A stretch of 64,000 nucleotides of DNA from a virus. The notes beneath the pieces were generated by a model. That model saw nothing but the letters and a program-made list of their open reading frames with translations. It was not told the DNA's origin and ran no database searches. The position numbers and the translations under genes are program-made. The stretch covers positions 1-64,000 of IMG/VR virus record IMGVR_UViG_3300027631_000002. One strand, written 5' to 3'. This document shows, piece by piece, positions 54,256 through 62,638 of the stretch; positions within the stretch are counted from its first letter, which is position 1; each line of letters starts with the position of its first letter.

Positions 54256-54767
54256 AAAACAAATTATACTTATTCGATAAGTGGTTATACAAAGATAGAA
54301 ACTCATTACTTGTTTTACTATTAGTTGTTGGTTCTACATTTATGATTAGTTATGAACCTACTATTTTTTATGGTATTGGATTATTATCTATCATATGTTT
54401 TTATGTTGTCTTTATAAAAGCAAAAATTTTAGGTCAAGATTGGAAACTAGATAAGTCAGTATATGATGTACCACAAGAACAAGAAATTATAGTAACGACA
54501 AAAGATTTTTATTGGGATGGTTATGTCAAATCAAATCACATACATAGTCATACTAGTAAACCTAATACACTTTTTGTAAAGAAAGGAACAGAATTTAAGA
54601 TTATTGATTTAAAAGAAGAGAAAGAAGATTGGAGACTAATGCTAAAAAAAGGTAATGGTGAAATGATTATTACGGTAGGTTACTTTGAATCAAGAAAGTA
54701 TTATAAAACAAAGTCTCAAATTAGAGAAGAAAAATTAAAGAAATTATTAAGTAAAAAAATATGGTAA
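54249..54767 (+). CDS. membrane protein with C-terminal REEKL motif
   Basis: Two N-terminal hydrophobic segments. Ends QIREEKLKKLLSKKIW. Confidence 0.65.
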   Translation: MLKNKLYLFDKWLYKDRNSLLVLLLVVGSTFMISYEPTIFYGIGLLSIICFYVVFIKAKILGQDWKLDKSVYDVPQEQEIIVTTKDFYWDGYVKSNHIHSHTSKPNTLFVKKGTEFKIIDLKEEKEDWRLMLKKGNGEMIITVGYFESRKYYKTKSQIREEKLKKLLSKKIW

Positions 54768-55471
54768 AATTACTACCCGCAACATTCAAATGGGTTCCCA
54801 AATTAGATGATGTTATCAAGATTTCCGGTCTACATCCAAGTCGAGTATTTAACGTAACTATTTTTGGTTCACGTGTTTATGGTAATTATGATTCAGCATC
54901 TGACTGGGATATTATTATAGTTGCAAATAATTCAGTAGAAGCAATTGAGTTAAAAGAAACTGTGCAAGACGAGTATTCTTATAATATGAATCATAGATTT
55001 ATTACATATAACATTCACATTTATACACCAGATAGATTTCAAAAGGATTTAGATTGGCATCGTATGAATAATCTTGAATGTATCTTTGCACCAGACTGGG
55101 CTAAGTTAAAAGAAGATAAAAAATATGAGTTTAACTTAGACTTAAAAAAATTAAGACATGCTTCATCACATATTAGTTCTAATTCTTGGATAAAATGTAA
55201 GAAAAAACTATTGATTGATGATCAGTATCGTACTGCTATAAAATCATTCTATCATTCTATAAGAATACCTATGTTTGCAACACAAATTGCTAGAAGTGGT
55301 AGAATAACTGACTTTACAACTGCTAACTTTATTTGGAGAAGACTTATGTTTGATGAAGTTCCTAGTTATCAAAAGAAAGATAGTAAATGGGATTGGGATT
55401 CTTTAAATTTAGAGTTTAAAATTACATATAATCTAATGTTAAGTTTATTTAGAAAAGTAACTGATAAATAA
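54761..55471 (+). CDS. nucleotidyltransferase (Pol-beta superfamily)
   Basis: IFGSRVYG...SDWDIIIV. Confidence 0.8.
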   Translation: MVKLLPATFKWVPKLDDVIKISGLHPSRVFNVTIFGSRVYGNYDSASDWDIIIVANNSVEAIELKETVQDEYSYNMNHRFITYNIHIYTPDRFQKDLDWHRMNNLECIFAPDWAKLKEDKKYEFNLDLKKLRHASSHISSNSWIKCKKKLLIDDQYRTAIKSFYHSIRIPMFATQIARSGRITDFTTANFIWRRLMFDEVPSYQKKDSKWDWDSLNLEFKITYNLMLSLFRKVTDK

Positions 55472-55707
55472 TGGAAGAAGAATTAGAAAAATTATATCAA
55501 GATTTACTTACAAATAGACAAACCTATAGAGGTCAAGGTTTATTACAAGTTAGTCCGCCACAACCACATCAGAATTTAATTGATAATCCAACGGTTATAA
55601 ATTATGATTTTGCTTCTTTGTATCCAAGTGTTCAGAAAAAGTATTATTATAAAATAAGTATGAAAGTTTCTATTAGAAAAAGAAAGATTAGAAATATATT
55701 ACAATAA
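55471..55707 (+). CDS. short ORF carrying family-B DNA polymerase motif A and a C-terminal RxRKI motif
   Basis: VINYDFASLYPSV, ends SIRKRKIRNILQ. Confidence 0.55.
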   Translation: MEEELEKLYQDLLTNRQTYRGQGLLQVSPPQPHQNLIDNPTVINYDFASLYPSVQKKYYYKISMKVSIRKRKIRNILQ

Positions 55708-55737
55708 AAAAACACATCGTTAAGATGTGTTTTTTGT

Positions 55738-57291
55738 TTAATTACATTCTGGACATCCAACTTCACCTCGTCCATTACATATATCACAAGATTCTTCACC
55801 TCGTCCATCACAGTTATAACATTCTCCTCTTTTCTCACCTTCACAGGTTTCACATTCATTTTTACCTGTTCCCGAACAAGTAGCACATTCTACTTCACCA
55901 GATAATAATTCTATTGTTCCGGTTCCAGAACATTCATTACAATCTACTTCACCATGTCCTTCACATTCAGAACAATCTGATTCACCAGTACCATGACAAA
56001 CACGACAATTTGTAGTACGTTCTCCTTCACATTCAGGACAATCAACTATTCCACTACCTTCACATATATCACAACCTTGTCCATTAGAACCATTAGTTTG
56101 AGTTAGTGTATAATATGTTGTGTGATTCGACCAGGGGAACTCTCTATTAGAGATTATACCAAGATCTGGGCTATAATACTTCATAGTATCCATATAAGGA
56201 TAATAGTCATAATATTCTCTTCTAAGTTTGACTGTTACTACACTTTCTTTACCATATACTTCATTTCCGTTAAAAACTAAACTAGAATCTTCTTCATAGC
56301 TTTGTTCTGATTTGTGATAATAATCATGTTTATAACAATACTCTTTGAATAGAAGTATATCAGAATTTCTAATAGTGTATATTCTGTCCATAAATCTTCT
56401 TCCTTCTTCATCTAACCAAAGAATAGCTCTACCAGAAATTTTAGTAGAATCTTCTTCACTTATTAAAATAATCATTGATACTTTATCAGAATTTTCAGTA
56501 TAAATATCAAAATATTTTTGACATTCTGAATGTCTCATACAAGATCCACCTAATGGTCCTCCAATTTTTTCATAATTATCTTCTAAATACCACTTTTTTA
56601 TTTCATCACCTTTAACTTCTTTAAATCTTTTAAAAACATTCTTTTGTAATTCTAATACTTTTTTATATTTATCAACAAAGTCTTCAATCTCTTTATCTTT
56701 ATATTCTAATCCTAAATTTTTTAGAAAGGCTCTAACAAATCTTCCAACATTTACCTCAGTAGGGGTAATTTTAGAAACATCTTTCACAAGATAATTGTCT
56801 AAGACTATTGCTTCATAGGTTTTACCTCTTTCTTCAAATTGAAAAACAAATAATTGTTGGTTATTATCGTACATATAAGACCAAACACCTGGATTATTTG
56901 GTGAAATTTTTAGAACTTCTTCTAAAGTAAACTTTTTTATAACCGTCCCGGTTTGACCATCAGATGGCTCTTTCCAACCGTGTATAATACCCATATTATC
57001 TGCTACCTTAGATAGATTATCATAAACACCTCCATTACTACGTAATGTGTATATAGCTTTATCAATTTTATCTTGAGGTTTAAAAAATATACTATCAGTT
57101 TTATCTCTATTTATATCAATATAGTTTCTGGTAACATCCATATCTCTACCCTTATATGATAAAATTTGAGCGGCTATATTAGAATCTATCTTATCTAATA
57201 CATCTAAAAATTGTTGTGTATAAACTATTTTAGCTTCTAAAAGAAGTTCTAGTTTACTTTCTGTAATAAAATCTAAGTAATTTGAAATCAT
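55738..57291 (-). CDS. SCM/DRIY-family phage protein with 10 CxxC C-terminal array
   Basis: LGGSCMRH, GRAILW, FMDRIY and YPYMDTMKY. N-terminus MISNYLDFITES. Confidence 0.8.
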   Translation of the reverse strand: MISNYLDFITESKLELLLEAKIVYTQQFLDVLDKIDSNIAAQILSYKGRDMDVTRNYIDINRDKTDSIFFKPQDKIDKAIYTLRSNGGVYDNLSKVADNMGIIHGWKEPSDGQTGTVIKKFTLEEVLKISPNNPGVWSYMYDNNQQLFVFQFEERGKTYEAIVLDNYLVKDVSKITPTEVNVGRFVRAFLKNLGLEYKDKEIEDFVDKYKKVLELQKNVFKRFKEVKGDEIKKWYLEDNYEKIGGPLGGSCMRHSECQKYFDIYTENSDKVSMIILISEEDSTKISGRAILWLDEEGRRFMDRIYTIRNSDILLFKEYCYKHDYYHKSEQSYEEDSSLVFNGNEVYGKESVVTVKLRREYYDYYPYMDTMKYYSPDLGIISNREFPWSNHTTYYTLTQTNGSNGQGCDICEGSGIVDCPECEGERTTNCRVCHGTGESDCSECEGHGEVDCNECSGTGTIELLSGEVECATCSGTGKNECETCEGEKRGECYNCDGRGEESCDICNGRGEVGCPECN

Positions 57292-57359
57292 AGGTTATAT
57301 ATTAAATTAGTATCATGAAAAAATCCCTTTAGAAAGGGATTTTTTTTAATTTTTATTTG

Positions 57360-58787
57360 TTAGTAATCACCTTCACAGTCTGGACAAGTAATCTGATCAT
57401 CACCATCACATTGTGAACAAGTTTTCTTACCTTCACCACCACATGTTTCACATTCCATATCATCTATTTCACCATCTCCATTACATTCAGTACAAACTTC
57501 TTCACCATCTCCATTACAAGTTGGACAAGTAATAGTACCATCTTGTTCACAAGTTGCACAAAGTTTATCATAATAACCTTCAGTTGATTCACAATAATAA
57601 ACTACTCCACTTTCTGAATTTTCATTTGATATAATTCCAGTTTCAGGACTATAGTATTTTAAAGTATCCATATAAGGAAAATTTTCATGTCTTTTATGTA
57701 ATTGAACTTGTGCAGTAAAATAGTTTTCCTGTTGACCTTCTGGTCCAATAGCATTTATAGTTGAAGAACTATTATTATTTGATTTATACCACCAACCACT
57801 ATCTTGTGCAAATTGTTTGAACAGTTCAACATCAGAATCAGAATTAGTATAAACCCTATCCATTAATTTTTTACCATTTAAACATTCCCAAAGAATTGCA
57901 CGTCCAATAATTTTACTATCATCATCTTGTGATTTATAAATAATTAAAGATACAGTGTTGTTTTCAGTATATGGATCTAACCAACTAGATTCAGCTTCTG
58001 CCATACAAGAATTTGCTAATGTACCACTTGGATCATAGTAATTATCATACTGATATTTATAATAAATATCATCACCTTGAACAACATCAAAGAATGAGAA
58101 TTTATCATTGAATTTATCCATCTGAGCTTTATATAAATTCACAAAGATTTCAATATCTCTTGCTGTAAATTTGGCAGTATCATCTTCTCTAGCAGCTAAA
58201 GTTAAAAGAGCATTCATTGATCTACCAACTCTAACATCTTGACGATTTTTTGACCAAACCAATTTGTTTCTATCATCAACTGGTCTCAATTTCTCTAAAT
58301 TAAAAACACCTTGACCATTTGCAAATTTTAACCAAATCCAAGTTTTACCAGATTTTTCAGAAACTATCTTTTCAACAACTTCACCAACTTCTGCTGATGT
58401 AGGTTTATAAACATCTCCTTCTGGTACATATCCTAATCTACCAAAAATTCCATTATTTGCTTCACCGTGAGTTAGCCATCCACCATTATTTCCTACAAAA
58501 CGATATAATTCTTTTGGATCATTTAAAATCTCTTGAGCTTTTCTATCTGCAGTAAAGTACAAATAATCATTTCTTACTGGATCTATATCAAAGTAGTTAG
58601 CAACTACTGGTAAGTCTTTCTTTTCTAATCCTAGAATCTTTTTAGCAACAGGACTATCAATTTTACCTAATACTTTCTTAAAATTATCTGAAAACATTAC
58701 ATCCGACTCTAATAAAAGTTCAATCAATTGAGATTCTGTTATTAAATCATGTGATTCTGTTATAAAATCAATATATTTTTTTAACAT
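57360..58787 (-). CDS. SCM/DRVY-family phage protein with 6 CxxC C-terminal array
   Basis: LANSCMAE, GRAILW, LMDRVY and FPYMDTLKY. N-terminus MLKKYIDFITES. Confidence 0.8.
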   Translation of the reverse strand: MLKKYIDFITESHDLITESQLIELLLESDVMFSDNFKKVLGKIDSPVAKKILGLEKKDLPVVANYFDIDPVRNDYLYFTADRKAQEILNDPKELYRFVGNNGGWLTHGEANNGIFGRLGYVPEGDVYKPTSAEVGEVVEKIVSEKSGKTWIWLKFANGQGVFNLEKLRPVDDRNKLVWSKNRQDVRVGRSMNALLTLAAREDDTAKFTARDIEIFVNLYKAQMDKFNDKFSFFDVVQGDDIYYKYQYDNYYDPSGTLANSCMAEAESSWLDPYTENNTVSLIIYKSQDDDSKIIGRAILWECLNGKKLMDRVYTNSDSDVELFKQFAQDSGWWYKSNNNSSSTINAIGPEGQQENYFTAQVQLHKRHENFPYMDTLKYYSPETGIISNENSESGVVYYCESTEGYYDKLCATCEQDGTITCPTCNGDGEEVCTECNGDGEIDDMECETCGGEGKKTCSQCDGDDQITCPDCEGDY

Positions 58788-58847
58788 TATTATAATATAA
58801 TTTTTTATTATATATTATTATTTCATTCTCATAAATTATACTTATAT

Positions 58848-59222
58848 TTGTTCAAATTATATAAAATGAGTACATTCGGTAAGAAAGCGTTAGTTTTTTG
58901 GAATTACGATTCTAATGAAACAAATCGTTTTAGTAAAACACCAATAGAAATACAACTAAAGATACTAGAGAAATGGTATCCAATTGGATATATGTGTAAA
59001 TTTTTTCCACCGACTTATCCTTCTGATCGAGTCTATCAAATAAAAGACTACTTATTACATGTAGGTGGTTTTTATACAGTACTTATAGAGCAAAAGATTA
59101 CAGAAGGATATTCATCGATGATAGTAAAGAATGGATATAATCCTTTAAGATTAGATATGATAGATAAACAGATACTATTAAGAGATTATAAATTAGAGAG
59201 AATATTAAAAAACCCATCTTAA
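58848..59222 (+). CDS. hypothetical protein with C-terminal RDYKL motif
   Basis: Ends LLRDYKLERILKNPS. Confidence 0.7.
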   Translation: MFKLYKMSTFGKKALVFWNYDSNETNRFSKTPIEIQLKILEKWYPIGYMCKFFPPTYPSDRVYQIKDYLLHVGGFYTVLIEQKITEGYSSMIVKNGYNPLRLDMIDKQILLRDYKLERILKNPS

Positions 59223-59240
59223 TTAAGATGGGTTTCTTTG

Positions 59241-59981
59241 TTATGCTTTTCTTAAAACTTCTTTAGTATAGTAATCTTCAAAACCATCTAGGTAAGTAGT
59301 AATCGGTGTTGATTTATCAGTGATAATGATTTCATCAATAAATCCAAAGTCTAAAGCTTCTTGTGAGTTTAACCAATTATCTCTTCTAGCACTTTCAAGT
59401 ACATAATCAAAATCTCTACCACTATTCTCTGCAAGCATCTTGAATAATATATAGTTGTATTTTTCTGATTCCATTTGAGAAATACGATTATCTTCAACGT
59501 GTCCTGATGCACCAGAAGAAACTTGATGTATCATTACTTTAGAGAAGTTTAATGATGCTCTTTTACCTTTAGTTCCTGATGATAATAAGATAGAACCCAT
59601 TGATGCTGCCATACCTGTATTGATAGTTTCAACATCCGAATTGATATATCTCATAACATCAACCATACCTAATCCAGCTAAAACTGAACCACCTGGTGAG
59701 TCAATGTGCATCTTAATATCTTTTTTCTCAACAGAGTCTAAATACATCAATTGAGCTTGAACAACGGTTGACATTTGTGTGTTTACAACACCAGCAACCC
59801 ATAATATACGATCACGCATGAGTCTACTAAAAATGTCCATCTGCGTTACTCTCATTTCTCTTTCTTCAAGAATATATGGTGTCATACTATTCTCTACTAA
59901 ACCTTTTTCAAAGTAGTCTAAGTTTAAAGAAGAAATTCCTTCACTTAAAGCATACTTTTTAAAATCTTTTCCAAAATCCAT
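59241..59981 (-). CDS. clpP: ATP-dependent Clp protease proteolytic subunit
   Basis: DIFSRLMRDRI, IDSPGGSV, GMAASMGS (catalytic Ser), VMIHQ and RDNWL. Confidence 0.96.
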   Translation of the reverse strand: MDFGKDFKKYALSEGISSLNLDYFEKGLVENSMTPYILEEREMRVTQMDIFSRLMRDRILWVAGVVNTQMSTVVQAQLMYLDSVEKKDIKMHIDSPGGSVLAGLGMVDVMRYINSDVETINTGMAASMGSILLSSGTKGKRASLNFSKVMIHQVSSGASGHVEDNRISQMESEKYNYILFKMLAENSGRDFDYVLESARRDNWLNSQEALDFGFIDEIIITDKSTPITTYLDGFEDYYTKEVLRKA

Positions 59982-60099
59982 TTTTTATAATTTAAAGTTA
60001 TTAAACTGATATGTCAAAAAGTGATAAAAGTTTATCAATAATAATTTTTTAGTTTCACTTATTTATACATATCTTTGTCTTTTAAACTAAAAAATATAT

Positions 60100-60717
60100 A
60101 TGAAAAACGCTTTTAAGTTATTTGACTTTATGGGAACTCCAGTTTATTTGAAATACTGGTTCTTTATCTTACTTCCTTTATTTATGTTACAATCTGGTGG
60201 ATTTACAGAACAAGGATTTCTAACTGGGTTAGATTGGTTCTTATCAATCTTTGCCGCAGTCTTATTACATGAATTGGCACATACTGCAGTTGCTAAAAAA
60301 TTGAATCATCCAGTAGATCATGTTTATTTAGATGTGTTTAATGGTGCGGCCGCAATTGATACAACCTACTCTTCTTATAAAGATACTATTCTTATTGTAT
60401 TGGCCGGCCCACTCTCAAATTTAGTATTATGGATTATTGGTTCTTATTTAGGACTGGATATATTTGTACAAGTGAATATGTTTTTATTCATATTTAATAT
60501 TTTACCTATTTATCCAATGGATGGTGGTCGAATTTGTAAAGCAATTTGTCAATGGATGACTAAACCTTCGCTCGGAAGAAAAATAAATGGATATATCTCG
60601 ATCATTTTTAGTTCATTACTATTTATTGCATCGATTATGACTACTAATGTTATTATGGCTATATTTGCAGTCTTTTTTATCTTTCTTTCATATAAGGAAA
60701 TAGAACAAAAATATTAA
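60100..60717 (+). CDS. M50-family (site-2) intramembrane metalloprotease
   Basis: LHELAH, LAGPLSN and NILPIYPMDGG. Confidence 0.92.
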   Translation: MKNAFKLFDFMGTPVYLKYWFFILLPLFMLQSGGFTEQGFLTGLDWFLSIFAAVLLHELAHTAVAKKLNHPVDHVYLDVFNGAAAIDTTYSSYKDTILIVLAGPLSNLVLWIIGSYLGLDIFVQVNMFLFIFNILPIYPMDGGRICKAICQWMTKPSLGRKINGYISIIFSSLLFIASIMTTNVIMAIFAVFFIFLSYKEIEQKY

Positions 60718-60719
60718 AA

Positions 60720-61238
60720 ATGTTAGACATTGGTAAAACAAATCTTTTCCTAAATGACAAAGCTAAATATGTTGTTAGTAAACTAATAGACGATTATGAT
60801 CTTATGGGTCAAAATTGTTTGTTTTTAACTCATAAGAATGACACGTTACAACTTAAATGTGCTTCTTGTACTTATACTACTTATGATTCAATACCAGATA
60901 TTTTATCTGAGAATTTATTTAGAGTAAATATTATTATTGTCGAGTCAAATAGAAAATTTAATTTTTTACTTGATTCTATAAGAGAAGTAACAGATTTACC
61001 AGTTATTGTAGTTACTGATGATTTATCATATGATTATCCAGATTATAGATTTGATTATATTTATAAACTTTATAGACAAGAAAGAGATATAAATTTCCCA
61101 TTAAATATAGATAGATTTGAAGAAGAATTTTTAAATAGTTCACATATAACAGATGTTAAAAATAATTGGAGCACATCTTTGGCAGATTTAAGAACACAAT
61201 ACATTAGAGATAAAAAAATTAACGATTTATTAAAATAA
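60720..61238 (+). CDS. hypothetical protein with C-terminal RDKKI motif
   Basis: Ends YIRDKKINDLLK. Confidence 0.72.
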   Translation: MLDIGKTNLFLNDKAKYVVSKLIDDYDLMGQNCLFLTHKNDTLQLKCASCTYTTYDSIPDILSENLFRVNIIIVESNRKFNFLLDSIREVTDLPVIVVTDDLSYDYPDYRFDYIYKLYRQERDINFPLNIDRFEEEFLNSSHITDVKNNWSTSLADLRTQYIRDKKINDLLK

Positions 61239-61240
61239 AA

Positions 61241-61666
61241 ATGAAAGCACACGTAATTGTAAAAAAAGGTTATGAGTATGATGATAGCATCTATACTGAG
61301 TCAGAGGGTGGAAATCCTGAATTGATTTGTTTCTCAAAAGAGGATGCGGATAATAAAGTAAATGAATTAAATAAACAGGAGTTTAAAACAACTTCACTTA
61401 GTTATTATTCATATGAATTAGAAGACATATTAAATGTTGATATTGAAGAATATGAAAAGTTCAATCAATCCTTGGTTGAAAAGTATGGTAAGATAGCGAA
61501 AAAAGATTCTTGGAATGATGTTGAAAATACTTTACATCCAATGGCAAATGATGAAGAGATTGAGAAATATATAAAGATGGTTAGTATAAGTTTTTATGAA
61601 GTAAAACCGACAGACATTGATGTTCAAAGTTTTAGAGATTATAAAATTGATGAAGTATTAAAATAA
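61241..61666 (+). CDS. hypothetical protein with C-terminal RDYKI motif
   Basis: Ends SFRDYKIDEVLK. Confidence 0.72.
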   Translation: MKAHVIVKKGYEYDDSIYTESEGGNPELICFSKEDADNKVNELNKQEFKTTSLSYYSYELEDILNVDIEEYEKFNQSLVEKYGKIAKKDSWNDVENTLHPMANDEEIEKYIKMVSISFYEVKPTDIDVQSFRDYKIDEVLK

Positions 61667-61692
61667 GAAAATGAAGAAAGAATATATATGTT

Positions 61693-62571
61693 ATGAGATA
61701 TATATTCTTTCTTTTTCTATTTATATTATTTTCTTGTAAAACTACAAAGAATACAATTGTGTTACCTACACCTTTAGAAACTTTTTGTGATAGTGATGAG
61801 GATGGTGTTGATGATATGTATGATAAATGTCCTGATATAAAAGGTAGAGTAGAAAATATGGGTTGTCCTGATATTGAGGAAAATGAAAAGTATTCCGGAA
61901 CAAAAGATGATATTGAAATTGTTGGATCACCAAAAGAGCCAGTTCCTGTAATAGTTGCTAAAGATAGAAATACTAAAACTGGTACAAAAAAAAATGATCC
62001 ACTGGTAATTAAACCTAAAGAGGTTAGACCTAGAGGTTTAATAGCTTATTCTGTACCAAATGAAATGCAAGTTGGTGATGATTATTTAGTAAAAGTTAGA
62101 ATAAGTAAACTGAATGATAGAACTGTTTTATTAGTTGGTGATAGAGAGATTCCTATATCTGATAATTTAGAGGATGTTAAAGTTGAATCAATTACAGTTT
62201 CTCCAATAATGTCTGCGAGTTTATTATCAAGTAAAAGAGATTTTGAGATAACTACATTATCAACAGAAATTCAAAATATAGATGATGAAGGATATACTGA
62301 ATGGAGTTGGAGTGTAATTCCTTTACAAGGTGGTGAAAATAATTTAAAACTTAATGTAAAAATTAGAATACAAGAAGAAGGTAAAGACTATTATAAGGAT
62401 ATTACCGTCTTTGAAAGAAAGATAAAAGTCAAGTCTAATATTGGTTCCAGTATAAAAGACTTCATATTCAAAAACTGGGAGTGGTTTATGGGAGTGGTTT
62501 TTATCCCGATTTTTCAATGGTTTTGGCTATTGTGGAAGAGGAAAAAAGAAGATAAAAAAGAAGATGTTTAA
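61693..62571 (+). CDS. lipoprotein with thrombospondin type-3-like Ca-binding repeat and C-terminal TM anchor
   Basis: Lipobox LFSC, DSDEDGVDDMYDKCP...GCP, C-terminal WEWFMGVVFIPIFQWFWLLW followed by basic residues. Confidence 0.7.
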   Translation: MRYIFFLFLFILFSCKTTKNTIVLPTPLETFCDSDEDGVDDMYDKCPDIKGRVENMGCPDIEENEKYSGTKDDIEIVGSPKEPVPVIVAKDRNTKTGTKKNDPLVIKPKEVRPRGLIAYSVPNEMQVGDDYLVKVRISKLNDRTVLLVGDREIPISDNLEDVKVESITVSPIMSASLLSSKRDFEITTLSTEIQNIDDEGYTEWSWSVIPLQGGENNLKLNVKIRIQEEGKDYYKDITVFERKIKVKSNIGSSIKDFIFKNWEWFMGVVFIPIFQWFWLLWKRKKEDKKEDV

Positions 62572-62638
62572 TTACATCTTTTTTTATTTTATAAACATAA
62601 TTGTATAATTTGAATACAAATAAAAATAAAAAAATATT

